Origin: Cirrosporium novae-zelandiae
Lineage: Eukaryota
DNA length: 64,000 bases
Direction: 5' to 3'
Assembly: GCA_026023565.1 (NCBI GenBank)
Contig: JAPETS010000033.1
Location: 186,001-250,000 of the forward strand
The notes under the pieces are model-generated. The model saw only the letters and a list, made by a program, of their open reading frames with translations, was not told where the DNA came from and made no database searches. Made by a program: the position numbers and the translations under genes. Shown piece after piece: positions 1 through 13,677 of the stretch (positions are counted from its first letter, which is position 1; each line of letters begins with the position of its first letter).

Positions 1-580
1 CACACCCAACTAGCCCCCCCCCCCAAAAGAAAACACCGACTCACCATACCCAGCTCTTGAAGCCCCTCTCCAATTTACAGTACATGTCCAATATCTAAAA
101 AGACCATAACCCTCCCCAACTTTCCTTCCTTCCTTCCTTACTCTGAACTCCTAGCTTTGTTTTTGGGTTAGTTAGGGAGTTAGACTCCGATAGTATTTTT
201 TCTATATAACTGGGGATGGCATTGGAGGAGAAGTAGGGATGTGGGTTTGGGATTAGTGATTGGGAATTTGTGGGGTTTTCGTTAAAGGAAGGGGGGTGTG
301 GTACTTGGAATTGGAATTTGGAATTTGGAATGGATGTTAAGATGGATGGTTCTTATACTACTGCAACTACTCAATCTTCATCTCAAACCCCTCCTCATTG
401 GTACCCGATGCGATAGGAAATTTTGTACATGTACATGTACAGTATAGTGAACCTACCAACCCCAAAAGGGAAAATAAATAAATAAAGAAAAGGAATTGAA
501 ATTCTAGTACTCCGGTAGATGTCTAGATACATATCCATATATATTACACATAATACACACAACGTCAAGTACCCAAACAC

Positions 581-2507
581 TCAAATCAACAAAACCCTCA
601 TCCTCAACCCCTCCATCGCCCTCCTCCAATCCCACAGCCCCCCCTCCTCCTCCCCACCTATCCCACCCATCCCCCCACTTACCCTCCTCCTATCCCAACA
701 CATCTCCATAACCCTCAAAACCGTCGATAAGTTCCCAAACTCCCTCGCCTCCTGTCCCACCTCTTCAATCAAATTTCTAAAAAACCCTTTCAGGGGCTCT
801 TCGGCCATGCATCCGGCGATACAGACGGGCCAGACGAGACCGCGGATGGCTTGGGGGTCGGAGCAGAGGTGGCGGAGTTCTTGGAGGTGGGAGACGGTGG
901 AGCGGACGCTGGTGCGGATTTCGGGGAGGGTGGGGGAGGGGCCGGATATTACGGTGTGGAGGTATACTTGGGCGGCGTGGGCGTAGATGAGGGTTATGGA
1001 TTTTCGGATTTGGGTGGTTATAGAGGTGGTGTTGGGTTCTGAGGGGGATGTATGAGGGTCTTGAAGGACTTGGGTGATGCCATCTGCGAGATGTTGGTGG
1101 ATTACACGACCCCTCTCTACTAGGTCCCACACGCTGAGGGAATTTTGACTTTGGGTTTCGAGCTTCCAGCCGTTTAGGGAGGCCGTTTGGGCGATCTGGA
1201 TTAGGACCCAAGAGTCACAGCCACAGATGTTCTGGAGATCGATACGGTTGGAGCGGAGGAGTGTGTGATGGTGGTGTAGTAGATGAGGTGCACGGCCTGT
1301 GGAGGCACAAGCGCAGACGTCCATCCAGAGGACTACTCCGGTAAGGAAGCGCAGAGCTGTTTCCTCAAGGGCGTCGGGCTCATCCTTTTCTGCCTCTTCT
1401 TCTATCCAGGTTGTGTGGGTTGGAGAATTTTGAGTTGAGCAGGCACTTGAGGATGAAGATGAGGTGTGAGATTGGGTTTGGCGGCTCTCTTCCATGGTTG
1501 ATACTAGAGCTGTGGCGGCGTCTAGGTGCATTTGCCATTCGCTGATACCACCTCGGAAAAGCTTTCCAATAAAAATTGTCAGCAAGAGGAAAAGTATTTG
1601 GGGTTTATATATTGATGGAATTGTAACTGACCTCGAAACTAATCAGCTGCACTCCACACGCCAAAACCTCGATTTGTTTTCTCTTATCTGCCTCTCCTCC
1701 ACTTCCATAACTATTCTGTACACAGACCTGCAGCTCCTGTAGCGCACGGTTGTGATGCTCGTTTAATTCTTGTAAGGTGTCGTTGAACCCTCTAGATTTT
1801 CTGGTACGTCCGTCTTTGTTTAGGAGAGAGTGTTGATGTAAAGCGCTGAGACTGAGAGCTGCATGGTAGAGTGGTTTTGTTGTAGTCAAAAGCCAGAGCA
1901 ACCAGCCACGTCCTCCAGATTGAACTGAGGGGATATGGAAACGCCATTGGAGAGTGAAAACATAGTCGAGGTAGTGCATTAGTAGCTCGGCTTCACGATG
2001 ACGGCCAAAGCGGTTAAATAGAAGATTAGTGGGAGTAAGACTGCAGATTGGCGAGATATCTTCTTCTACGGTCCTGGCTGGAGGGGGAGCCGTAGGAAGA
2101 AGGATCGACTGATCCAGAGTTAAATTAAAGTGCATGGCATTATTGCACTCAGACTGCAATTCCTGTGCTATCGATATCATCTTGTCTGTATTCTGTTCCT
2201 CCCCGTCCATTCCGACAGCCATATCATCAACATCATTATTTCTTTCTTTTTCGGCGTGGGTCCGGCGTACTCGGGGGACACTCCTCCTATGCCGTCGTTT
2301 ATTGTTCTTGACGGCGCTCTGGATTCTTGAAAGCTCAGCCTGCTCTCTGGATGCGCCGTCCATCCATTCGGGTCGTTTATTATCGTATCCGTGACATTGT
2401 ATGCTGCGAGATTGACATGCTAGGCATGCGGGTTTGCCTTCGTCACATTTCTTGCGTCGTAGTCTACAAGTCCAGCAGCCTTTGGAACTACGTGTACCTC
2501 TATACAT
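581..2507 (-). CDS. Zn(II)2Cys6 transcription factor with C-terminal fungal-specific TF domain (2 exons)
   Basis: GCWTCRLRRKKCDEGKPACLACQSRSIQC binuclear cluster. ORFs 1605..2525 and 581..1585 join through a short intron (~1576-1632). ATG at 2507. Confidence 0.9.
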
Positions 2508-5262
2508 CTGAGTGAGGGGACACACTCGTGATGTTTTTAAGCAAGAGACGGGAAATAATTAGAGAATGAAAGAGAATGGCGGGCGAGGTAGAGCTGCTGG
2601 GACTCCACTTTTGATGGGTTCAGGTTAATCATTATTTTGCAAATAACTATAGAGAGTATTATATGTATGAGAAAAAATAATCAATGTCTGTAGGTTCAAG
2701 CATTGGGGAGTATTTGGTAGTCATGTCGAGATAGATAGACTGAAGTCATTTGATTAGATTGAATCTAGCGTCGACCTCGGGTATCATTTTAGCCGTCGAC
2801 AAGCGGTAAGTAACCGCCAAGCCCATTGCTGAGAGAGTAGGTATATAGTACCTGATAAGACAGGCATTCAAGTATATATTTATTGATAAGTATTTAATAC
2901 ACAGCTTCCCCAAAAGAAATAGACTGACACTGTTGGCTATTTTATTTCCAAGCCATGTCGCATATGTATCAATTCATTCAACGTTGGGTTTTCCGATAGC
3001 TGTATCCGGGTAATATCCGGTATTCTATCATTAGCTTTTCCGGACGAACATCTCCGCTCTGTCGGCTAGGAACTATGCCAGAACGATAGCACGTGGATAG
3101 CTATCACATCATAGACATTCAATAGATAGTAGATAACTTAAAACTAAAATGGTCCATTTGCTTAATTCTAGGGTTTCAGCCCTATCGGCAACAACCAGAA
3201 ACCCTCCCCACTATGGAGATTTTTGCTAACAACTTCTTTTCGCTTTTCAGTCTATCTGATGAACGCCAGTTATCTCGATACAATAACACCAATGTGGCGA
3301 ATGCCCTTCTGTTTTCATCAATGAACTACTGTGGCTTTATCTCCTTTGATTCCAACCAGTTCTTTTGAATCTCCTAAGCTAATATGCAACTTTAATCATT
3401 TGAGTTTACTGTGACGTTACGATGAAGGGAAGTTCAATACCTACATGCAGGCACTTAACTTTAGTTTAGGGACCTGCATACCAGCACCTTCGATACCTCT
3501 CCAATAATCTATTATCCTGATCATGACCTTTCACATAAATGGTCCTGCATATTTCCGAACCCCTGGTGGCAGTTTTGCCTGCCTTACTATCGTCGCCTAC
3601 AAATACATATTATGTTATGGGTTTGGAAGCCAACTCGGGGAAGCTACCAATATTCCGTGTCAGAAGGCCAAGGGCGTCTCAACATGGACAGCCATGCTCG
3701 GAAATAAAAATAGCATCGATTGTTCATCAACGACGCAAGAGAAAGGGAGAGAGATCTCAATGGGATCAAACAGACGAGAAACAGAGAGCATTGGTGGACG
3801 GGGAGGGAGATGATACTTGACTAAATGTAATTGATCGTCGCTCCCAGCAAGCTACCAGCAACCAAGAAAGGTATTCTCCAACAATTCTCAAATACCCCCC
3901 ACCCTCCCCCATCCAAGCATATACGTTCCTCCCCAAAAATTCCAAATCTCAGTCCCGAGATCTCCACCATGGCTTGAACGTCTAAACGTGATGGAACATT
4001 AAACACAAATTTTAAACTCCCTATCTATTCGGATCTACCTTCGCACCCTTTCTTTTAGGGATAATACAGGGTGGGGACGTTATTCTTGGGAGATATTATA
4101 CTTGGGCATATACGTATAGATAGATACGTTGATTTGAAAAAAGCAGAGAGAAAGGGAGTTATCGGTGAGGTATGGAAGGGCTAGAAACATTAAAGAAGAA
4201 GTATGATGGTGGTATGAAAATTGGCACAACCTACTTTTCCAGCCTCTGCTCAGTCTTAATTTAAGGATAGGAGCAGCTCAAGGAGACACTATCCTAATAG
4301 CATTTGTCTTAACTTCTAAGTTCATCATTCCACTCCCCAAATTCTATCCCAACTCGACTCCTTATGACATACATACATTAATGAAACCAAGCAATTATTA
4401 TATACCATTGATTCCATCTATCTAACCCATGAATTTGTTCCTCATACCTTCCACACCAGCCAGCTAAAACCATCATTCCAAGCCCTTCGCCCTAAAACCA
4501 AGCTACTGAATAAACCCACCATGCTATAACTAATTATGTACAGTACCTTGCAAGTTATCCATACAATCCCACACTTTCCCCTTCCCTCTCCCACTAGGTA
4601 GGTATAATACAAAACTCGTACACTCCTTAAACTCAAGCTTAAAATAGTAAAATGTTCAATAGAAAGAGAGAGAGAGAGATCATATTGCAGTTTATTCAGA
4701 GGGCATGACAGGGAAGAAATCTCATTAGGATATATGACGCTAATAGCGTATTTATATAAGATTGGATTAGACCTTGGGTAATCAAGGTCTGGTCGGCCTG
4801 GTACGTCAGACCCCATCTATTTAGTTCTGGTCTATTCCCTTTCGCTGCTTTCTGTTAATTACTGTCAAGGAATAAGCCAAGCCTAAACCCCTAGACCAAA
4901 AGGACGTGGTTTACCCGCCAGGTAGACATGAGAAGTACAGGTATAAAGTTAAAAACAAACAGCGAAATTTTAAATATTGAGCTTTACTAGGTAACTAACA
5001 TAGGTCTGCTACCCCGCATTGGTACTGCTATGCTGTAGTAGTGAGAACTCGTGGAACTGAAGATCAAATATTATTTGATCTAATGTACATACAGTACGTT
5101 CTCGCTAAGCGAGAAAAGAAGCGCCCAATATCATCAAGAACTTCGGGTCTAGATTTACAAGGATTTAAGCCTTGGCCAACTTCAGCTAAGAAAACCATCT
5201 GCACTTCTTCCTGTGCATTGTAGCATCTATCACCAATTCTCGTATCTGATATAATCCCCTTC

Positions 5263-8200
5263 ATGTGCTTATTAAGAATAAACAAAAAGCGGGGGGGATG
5301 GCGAAGGCGAGCGGATGCCTCAAACACTTCGTCAGTCCCTGGCACACCCTTGACGGCTCAAGCAAATGAGGATAGGTCTGCATCGGCTTTGATGACCCAG
5401 ACAAACGAGGATGGGCCTGGGTCTGGAAGTCATCCAAGTGTATATCGTCCACCGGCCTTGAAAGATAAAGTAAATGCTAATCGGGGAATGCAACAGGCTC
5501 CCCAAACAAAAGACCAATCTCATAAAAGCCTCTGGGACCTTGCGTACGAGGATTTGCGTAATCAAAAAGACGGCCCCAAGCTTATTGAACGCTTTGAAAA
5601 AATATTGAATGATCAATCCAAAACCAAACAGACGACAATAACCCTGGGCAATGAAGACACGGCGACGAAGGAGGATCAAATGTCAGCACTGGTTAACAAA
5701 CAGCTTAAGAACATGAACGAGGAGAAGTGGAGGATCAAATTAATCGGCAAGGTTGTCGAGGTCAGGGAACAAGTCGACCGGGTAGTAAGCGTTGTGCGGG
5801 CTGTTAAAGAGTTTATTTCTCCATTCGCAGGCATCGACCCAATTCATGCTGGTTTACCCTTGGCTGGAGTATGCATATTGCTTTCTGTGAGTGAATCAAA
5901 GTCTCTCGATTTAATACCATTGAAGCTGACCACCATGACCGCAGCTCCTAGTGAACGATAGTCAAGAGCGCGCTGATGCGATTTATGGGCTTGAATACAT
6001 TACAGAATTGGTTCGTCGCTTTGCCGCAATTGAATACATATACTTGCAAGATGAAGAGTGCACGTATAAAGAAGAGCTTGAGGTTGTGGTGATAAAACTC
6101 TACAGCCAGATACTGGAATATGAAACCAGAGCGGCATGCCAATTCGATCGGAATACGGCCCTTCAAGTAGCGAGAAATGTTTTCAAAGCTGATGACTGGA
6201 AGGAGATTCTTGAGAAAATCAAGGAGTCAGAGGAGGCTTGTGATAAGCGCATCCGAACAATCGATGCTGGAGACCAGCGAACACGCGCAAAACGGTTAGA
6301 GAATACCCTCGAGAAACAGAATTGCGATATTTTAACGCAGCTCAAGTTGTCTCAAATACAATATGGAGAACTATTAAAGACTATCCAAGAAGGACAGAAA
6401 GAACAGGAAGAATGGGTCAAGGCTAAGGACGAGATGGATTGCCTTAAGGTCTTTCGGACGAGCACCTATGAGGATACTATGGAGAAGAATCCAGACCATG
6501 TACCTGGAACCTGCGAATGGTTCGTGCGGCATTCAAGATACCGCGAATGGCTGAATGGACCCGCATCAAATTTGCTTTGGGTAACGGCGGATCCAGGGTG
6601 TGGCAAGTCTGTTTTATCAAAATTCTTGATCAATAGCTACAAGAGCGAGAGACAAAAAGATACATCCAATACATCCATTTGCTATTTCTTCTTCAAGGAC
6701 GATAGCGATGAAAACAAGAGTGCAGCTCACGCTCTCTGCGCAATTTTGCACCAGCTCTTTGAACAGAATCCCGCATTATTAAAGCATGCCATGCCCCACT
6801 ACAAAAGAAACGACGGAATGCTCTGTCAGCTGCTCCAAATTCTCTGGGAAATCCTCATGGATGCTGCGGTAGATCCTAACAATGGTAATATTGTCTGCGT
6901 CATCGATGCCCTTGACGAGTGCGCTGAATCGAGCTGTGGAACACTCATCAACTGCTTGGCAAAATTTTACTCAACCGTGATGAATACGGCTACAAGGATC
7001 AAGTTCCTTATCACTAGTCGCCAAAATCCCTTCCTCGAACAAGTGTTCACCGAAAGATTTCAAGATCCGGCATCCCTTAGATTGATGGGAGAGAACGAAA
7101 GTGAGATGGAAGAAATATGTGTCGAGATTAATTTGGTCATTGAAGCGAAGGTGAAGGAATTTCAAGAGTTGAGATTGAAATATGGAATCCACGATGATGC
7201 GCACATCGCCGTCCAAAAGCAACTCAAAGGTATTGAAAATCGAACTTATCTTTGGGTGGCGCTTATCCTCCCTGAATTGAGAAAAATGGCTAAATATCCG
7301 GAGCATAAATTGTTAAAAACTATCAAAAACATACCATCGTCCGTTTCTGAAGCTTATGAAAGGATCTTAGAGAATAGCTACGACAAAGATATGGCTAGAA
7401 AACTGCTTCAAATTGTCTGTACGGCTATTCGACCTCTCACACTCGTGGAGATGAACTGGGCGCTATCGATCAACGAAGATGATTCCGTGGCTGAGTTATT
7501 TCCTCTACAATCATTTCCGGGTATAGTCAGAGACATCTGTGGGCTTTTTATCAGCATACAGCATTCAAAGATTTACCTCATCCATCAAACAGCAAAGGAG
7601 TTCTTGATTTGTGAAAACGTTAAGGAGTCTACTAATTCCACGGGGGATTGTTGGAAACATTTTCTCAAGCCAGCCGAGTCGAACCTCGTTCTCGCAAAAA
7701 TATGTATTTCGTACCTCTTGCAGCCCGAATTTGAAAACGATCCTTTAATTGTGGATGGCAAGCTCGAATATAAGAAAGCTAAAACATGCACAGAAGAATA
7801 CGCAAATAAACACGGCTTTCTTCTTTATTCAGCAGAACACTGGGCCACTCATTTTCGAGAAGCTGAAATTAAGGAGATAGAAACATGTTCATCAGTCATG
7901 GATCTTTACGATATTCAATCCAAGCGTTTTGTGACATGGTTTCAAGTATACCGGATGGCTGCCGTTGGTTGGTACTATGGATTCCCTCATAATTTTACCG
8001 ATCTTATAGTAGGATCGTATTTCGGACACGAAGTGATCGTGAAGCTATTACTTATGAGACCCACCGAATTAGAATATAAAGACGATTTTGGAAATACGCC
8101 ACTGCTGTGGGCGGTACAAAAAAAACATGAAGCGGTTGTGAAATTGCTGCTAGAAAAAAGCGCCAATCCAGAATCCAAAGATAAATTTGGCCAGACACCG

Positions 8201-9994
8201 TTATTGTGGGCGACAAAAAAAAGATATGAAACGGTTGTAAAATTATTACTAAAAAAAGGCGCTAATCTAGAATCTAAAAACGGTGATTATGGCGGAACAC
8301 CATTGTCGGCGGCTGCAGAATGTGGGCATGAAGCGGTCGTGAGATTGCTGCTGGAGAAAGGCGCCAATCCAGAATCCAAAGATGAATTTGGCCAGACACC
8401 GTTATCGTGGGCGGCACGAAACGGGCAGAAGAGGGTCGTGAAATTGCTGCTAGAAAAAAACGTCAATCTAGAATCTAAAGATGAATCTAGCCGGACACCA
8501 TTATCATGGGCTGCAGGATATGGGTATAAAACGGTCGTGAAATTGCTGCTAGAAAAAGGCGCCAATCCAGAATCCAAAGATGAATCTGGCCGGACACCGT
8601 TATTGTGGATAGCAGGGGCAATAGATTTGGAAATAGATGAAGATATATGGATAACAGAAAAAGAACGGGAGAATACGGTAAAATTTTTATTAGAAAAAGG
8701 CGCCAATCCAGAATCCAAAGATGAATCTGGCCGGACACCGTTATCGTGGGCGGCAGAATATGGATATAAAACGGCCGTGAAATTGCTGCTGGAAAAAAGC
8801 GCTAATTTAGAATCTAAAGATAATTTTGGCCGGACACCGTTATCGTACGCTGCAGAAAAAGGGCAGGAGAGAATCGTGAAATTTCTGCTAGAAAAAAGCG
8901 CCAATCCAGAATCCAAAGATAAATTTGACAAGACACCGTTATCGTGGGCGGCACAAAAAGGATATGAAACGGTTGTAAAATTGTTACTAGAAAAAGGCGC
9001 CAATCTAGAATCCAAAGATAATTATAACGAAACACCGTTATCGTGGGCTGCAAAATATGGGCATGAAACGGTCGTGAAATTGCTGCTGGAGAAAGGCGCC
9101 AATCTAGAATTCAAAAATGAATTTGGCCGGACACCGTTATCGCAGGCGGCACAAAAAGGACATGAAGCGGTCGTGAAATTGCTGCTAGAAAAAGGCGCCA
9201 ATCTAGAATCCAAAGATGAATCTGGCCGGACACCGTTATCGCGGGCGGCAGAAGAAGGATGTGAAGCGGTTGTAAAATTGTTACTAGAAAAAGGCGCCAA
9301 TCTAGAATCCAAAGATAATTATAACGAAACACCGTTATCGTGGGCTGCAAAATATGGGCATGAAACGGTCGTGAAATTGCTGCTGGAAAAAAGCGCCAAT
9401 CCAGAATCCAAAAGTGGATTTGGCCAGACACCGTTATCGTGGGCGGCAGAAAAAGGATATGAAACGGTTGTAAAATTATTACTAGAAAAAGGCGCCAATC
9501 TAGAATCTAAAGACGATAATTATAGCGGAATACCGTTGTCGGCGGCTGCAGAATGTGGGCATGAAGCGGTCGTGAGATTGCTGCTGGAGAAAGGCGCCAA
9601 TCTAGAATTCAAAGATGAATTTGGCCGGACACCGTTATCGTGGGCTGCAGGATATGGGCATGAAGCGGTCGTGAGATTGCTGCTGGAGAAAGGCGCCAAT
9701 CTAGAATTCAAAAATAAATTCGGCCGGACACCGTTGTCATGGGCTGCAGGATATGGGCATGAAGCGGTCGTGAGATTGCTGCTGGAAAAAGGCGCCAATA
9801 TAGAATCCAAGGATAATTTTGGCCGGACACCGTTGTCGTGGGCTGCAGGATATGGGCATGAAGCGGTCATAAAATTATTTCTCCAGAAAGGTGCAAAGTT
9901 AGAAGCTGATTCTGGTCGGACACCGCTATCGCGGGCTATAGAAAAAGGGCACGAGGAGATTGTGAAATTACTCACCCCTACACCAGACTCCTAA
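5263..9994 (+). CDS. Fungal NLR-like protein: N-terminal NACHT-associated domain, NACHT NTPase, ~19-20 ankyrin repeats
   Basis: SLWDLAYEDL N-terminal motif, Walker A ADPGCGKS, Walker B CVIDALDEC, YLIHQTAKEFL, then repeated GxTPLSWAA..GHE.VVKLLLEKGA. Intron 5887-5944 (GTGAGT..CTGAC..CAG). Start codon uncertain. Confidence 0.92.
8075..9975 (+). repeat. Tandem ~99-bp ankyrin-coding repeats with high nucleotide identity
   Basis: Recurring units such as gaaaaaggcgccaatctagaatccaaagat and ggccggacaccgttatcgtgggc at ~99-bp spacing. Confidence 0.95.
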
Positions 9995-11995
9995 TCCACA
10001 ATACTCGTCCTTACTCCCCATCTCCACGGTCCTTATTGTCGAATACCATAAAGACCCGATCGCGTTGGATTCCCAAAAGCGCTAGTGATTGGTCACGACT
10101 AGTATCATCCTTTCATATGTAAAATTCTCTTTCTTTCGGAGTCTAGGGGATAGCGCAACCGTGATGGACCTGAGCTTATCTCTCCATTCTTCAGTTATCC
10201 GTTCTGTGTCTTGATCTTTCATATCTGCTAGCTATTCATCCAAGTCAAAGTCTTAGGCGAGGAGATGAGGGAGAGAGCAGAAGCATAGCAAGGAAAAATG
10301 CAAGGGGCAAAGATTGACAAAGGGTTTTCATATTTCGATAGTTAGGTAATGTGAAGGAGTTCTGATTTTAGACATAAGGATCTAGTGTCAAGCAGTAAGC
10401 CAACACCCTTACCTATCCAAGCTGAAAGAACATGGAGTACCCATTGCCTTGGACGGATTTACCCACCATAAAGGTCATATAGCCTAGCCATGCCGTAACA
10501 TCTAGCTAGCTATAGATATAAAAGTGAGAGTGTCAAGGCGTAGCCCACAATGCTCCTTACCTAAGACAAGAGGTGTTGGGCGTAGTCGAACCAAGGGTTG
10601 GATTATGGTGGTCGTTTTGAGTCAGTTGGTAGTGCAGTTGTTAAGCCTGGCGCCCTCTCGGCCTTAACAGATATGAAGTGAAAGAGAAGTGAAGTAATGA
10701 TGAAGTCCTCCTCGGGCATGCGATATTCAAACGCGGAATCAAGGCTGTAGATAAGATAAACAAAACAAAAAGTACAAGTAAGATTGAAAAGGTGGGGATG
10801 CGGAATGTGAAAAATCCCATCTTTCTCGTCCTCGGTCAGGATATGTAAAGAGAATCAAGTGGGTAGGTTGAAAAGGGGTAAAGGTTGGGAGGCTGAGAGG
10901 TTGACAGATAGGTATTGTTAGTCTGAGGCGTGTCCATCTTACCTTAGACTGATGGTCTTAGGCAGACAAATAATTGACAACTCACATGATATCTGATAGT
11001 TATCCATCTGAGCAAACTATGAGAGCCTCAACTACCTAGGTAGGTAGGAGAGAAGATGGAATGGTGAGAGAGAGAGAGAGGTAGGGCACGGCACACCACA
11101 TCATAAACAAGCACGAGATAGTAAACATTGATGAAGCCCTTCTACTTTCGATTTCTATTGTCACGTAAAAGGGAATTTGGGCAAGAGAAGTTCTAGAGAG
11201 GAAGCATGGAAATGGTTGGATAGTAATGGTGTAAGGATACGCGACGCGTGCAGGGAAGCGCGTTATGGATACGCGTAACTAGGGAGATAGAGAAGGTCAT
11301 CATACTTACTATGCAGCGATCAGCTAAGGAAGGGAAATTGATCCTATCCTATGGAGAAGGACAGCTTTCAAGCATATATTACGACATGATTCTAATATTA
11401 AACATCAGTATCTACCGATAGTAGATATCCAGGGGGTCGACGAGCTGAAGAAGAACAACTCAAAGGCGCTATTCTAAAAGAGTATTAGTGCTATATGTAT
11501 CGGCCGAGGGGAAACTCTCCGCTTCCTTCACCAACCCACTCGCTCACTCCTCCTACCAATTATATACATCCCACAGCAGCTTCCACCTCGTAATTACGAC
11601 TAGCCGACTCGGATATTATTCTTAGAACCGAACATGATCCTTCGCATTTGCAAATCATTGCCTGCCGGTCTTTTTTTTCTACCCGGCACAGATCGACCGA
11701 ATTTCAACGGGCCTCGGTTTTAGGGCTTCGGTTCCGAACTTCTTTGTTGGACCCGATCTACAATACAATGTTGATGGATTTATTTCTCCGTCTCTTGCTC
11801 TCTCGGTGTATATATATGTCTACTATCTCGAGGTTTGAGGGAGATCTGTACAAGTTCATCTGCAAACAGTTTATTCATTGAATTATTTCGACAAATCTAT
11901 TTCATATTCCCATCTTCATATCTCATCATCAAAACCCTCTTCATAACTAAATCCATACCAACCTTCATACCCAACTTCAAATCTCTACTCAAACC

Positions 11996-13216
11996 ATGTC
12001 TTCCCTCCCCAAGATCGCCATCGTCGGAGCCGGAGCCGGCGGCCTAACAGTAGCAAACATCCTCCAAAAAAACCAAGTCCCCTTCACCATCTACGAAATT
12101 GACGCCTCGCCCAACGAGCGCAACCAAGGCGGCACGCTCGACCTGCACCCCCAGGGAGGCCAGCTAGCACTCCGTGAAGCCGGACTCTGGGACGAATTCA
12201 CGAAGCACTCACGACCCGAAAGCGACGTCCTCAAAATCGTCCAGAACAGCGGCGAGGTCCTCTGGGACGGAAACGGCGCCGATGCCAGATTCGTCCCGGA
12301 AGCCGAAAAGTTCGACCATCGGCCCGAGATCGATCGCGGAGCCTTGAAGGAAATCCTCCTGGCATCTCTCTCACCCTCATGCATAAAATGGGGTAAGAAA
12401 CTAGTCGAAGCTGTCCCCGCCCCATCATCATCATCCGAAAAATACGACCTCCACTTCACCGACGGCTCCATCGACAAGGACTTCGACCTCGTCATCGGCG
12501 CCGACGGCGCCTGGTCCAAAGTCCGCCAGCTCCTAACCGACACAAAACCCCACTACTCCGGAATCAGCGCCGTGGAGCTCTGGGCCCTCGACGCCGATAA
12601 AACCCACCCCTGGGTATCCCAGTATGCCGGCCGCGGCAGCTGCTTCTCCTTCGGTGAAGGTCGCACGATCCAGATCCAAAGAATCGGCGACGGCACAATC
12701 CGCACGTACGCCTGTCTTCGGAAACCAGAGTCGTTCCTCAAGGACTGCGGTATCGATTGGACCAAACCCGACACCGCGCGCAAGGAATACGTGGAACGAT
12801 ACTTCAACGACTGCGGCACCGATCTCAAACGCATGATCCTAGAAAGCTCCGACGAACTCGTCCCACGCGCGCTATACCAGCTCCCCGTCGGTTTCAAATG
12901 GGACCCCCGCCCCGGCGTCACCCTCCTCGGCGACGCAGCACACCTCATGACCCCATTCGCCGGCGTAGGCGTCAACGCCGCCATGGTCGATTCTCTAGAG
13001 CTAGCCAAGGCTATCATCTCCGCCTACCCCCCCAAGGAAGAAACATCTCTTGCAACAGCAATCAAGAATTACGAGTTGGAGCTCTTCCTGCGTGGGGAGC
13101 GGTTCGCGAGGAAGACGATGGGGAATATGCAGAAGCACTTTAGTGCCAAGGGGAGTGAGGAGTTGGCTGGAAAGTTGAGGGCTGCGTATGGTGGTGGTAG
13201 TGGTGCGGCGGCTTGA
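11996..13216 (+). CDS. FAD-dependent monooxygenase (group A, TetX-like), intronless
   Basis: IAIVGAGAGG Rossmann motif, QGGTLDLH, RPEIDRG, DLVIGADGAWSKVR, LLGDAAHLMTPFAGVGVNAAMVD. Confidence 0.92.
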   Translation: MSSLPKIAIVGAGAGGLTVANILQKNQVPFTIYEIDASPNERNQGGTLDLHPQGGQLALREAGLWDEFTKHSRPESDVLKIVQNSGEVLWDGNGADARFVPEAEKFDHRPEIDRGALKEILLASLSPSCIKWGKKLVEAVPAPSSSSEKYDLHFTDGSIDKDFDLVIGADGAWSKVRQLLTDTKPHYSGISAVELWALDADKTHPWVSQYAGRGSCFSFGEGRTIQIQRIGDGTIRTYACLRKPESFLKDCGIDWTKPDTARKEYVERYFNDCGTDLKRMILESSDELVPRALYQLPVGFKWDPRPGVTLLGDAAHLMTPFAGVGVNAAMVDSLELAKAIISAYPPKEETSLATAIKNYELELFLRGERFARKTMGNMQKHFSAKGSEELAGKLRAAYGGGSGAAA

Positions 13217-13637
13217 GATTGGTGGACTGCCGATGGGTTGGTTCTTGAAGGTTGATGGTGAAAGTCGTGTTTTTTTTTTGTTTTTGTTTTTTTCTTTATT
13301 TTCCAGTTACCTTCCCAGCCTACTTATAGCCAACCCACCTATGGGAACCTGTTCCACGGCATAGATACCGCTCCGAATACCAGTTACAAGTACCTTACTA
13401 GTTGGTACGGAGACGGACTTCTACACTCGTTACTCGGGATTTTTGCCCCCCCACCTGTGTTTTTTGTTGATAAGAGTTTTGCTTAGTTCGTTTGATTAGT
13501 TTGTTAGATAATGAAATCCATGATGTTTATATTGGAATTAAACTTGAAATGGGAATTAAACTTGAAATCAATCGGGATTGGAATAAAATATTAATTGATG
13601 GTATGATGATACGATGTCATGGTATATGACACATAGA

Positions 13638-13677
13638 TAGATAGGTAGGTAGGTAGGTAGGTAGGTAGGTAGGTAGA
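13638..13677. repeat. (TAGG)n microsatellite
   Basis: Visible taggtaggtagg run. Confidence 0.9.

Noticed and set aside
3255..3305. Hammerhead-like CTGATGA...GGCGAA
   Set aside because: Stem II is out of register, GAAA is incomplete, and no stems I/III were found.
3523..3820. Two overlapping ~95-aa ORFs upstream of the NLR as a possible amyloid or effector partner
   Set aside because: No recognisable domain, no amyloid-like motif, and no matching motif in the NLR N-terminus.
8287..9975. Long repetitive minus-strand ORFs and a possible CRISPR-like array
   Set aside because: Antisense shadows of the ankyrin repeats. The repeats are coding 99-bp units without unique spacers, in a eukaryote.
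10385..10980. Solo LTR
   Set aside because: TGTCA/TGACA-like ends are present, but no target-site duplication or second copy was found, so boundaries cannot be supported.
11996..13216. tetX antibiotic-resistance gene
   Set aside because: Family-level similarity only. Such monooxygenases are common in fungi and the substrate cannot be inferred.
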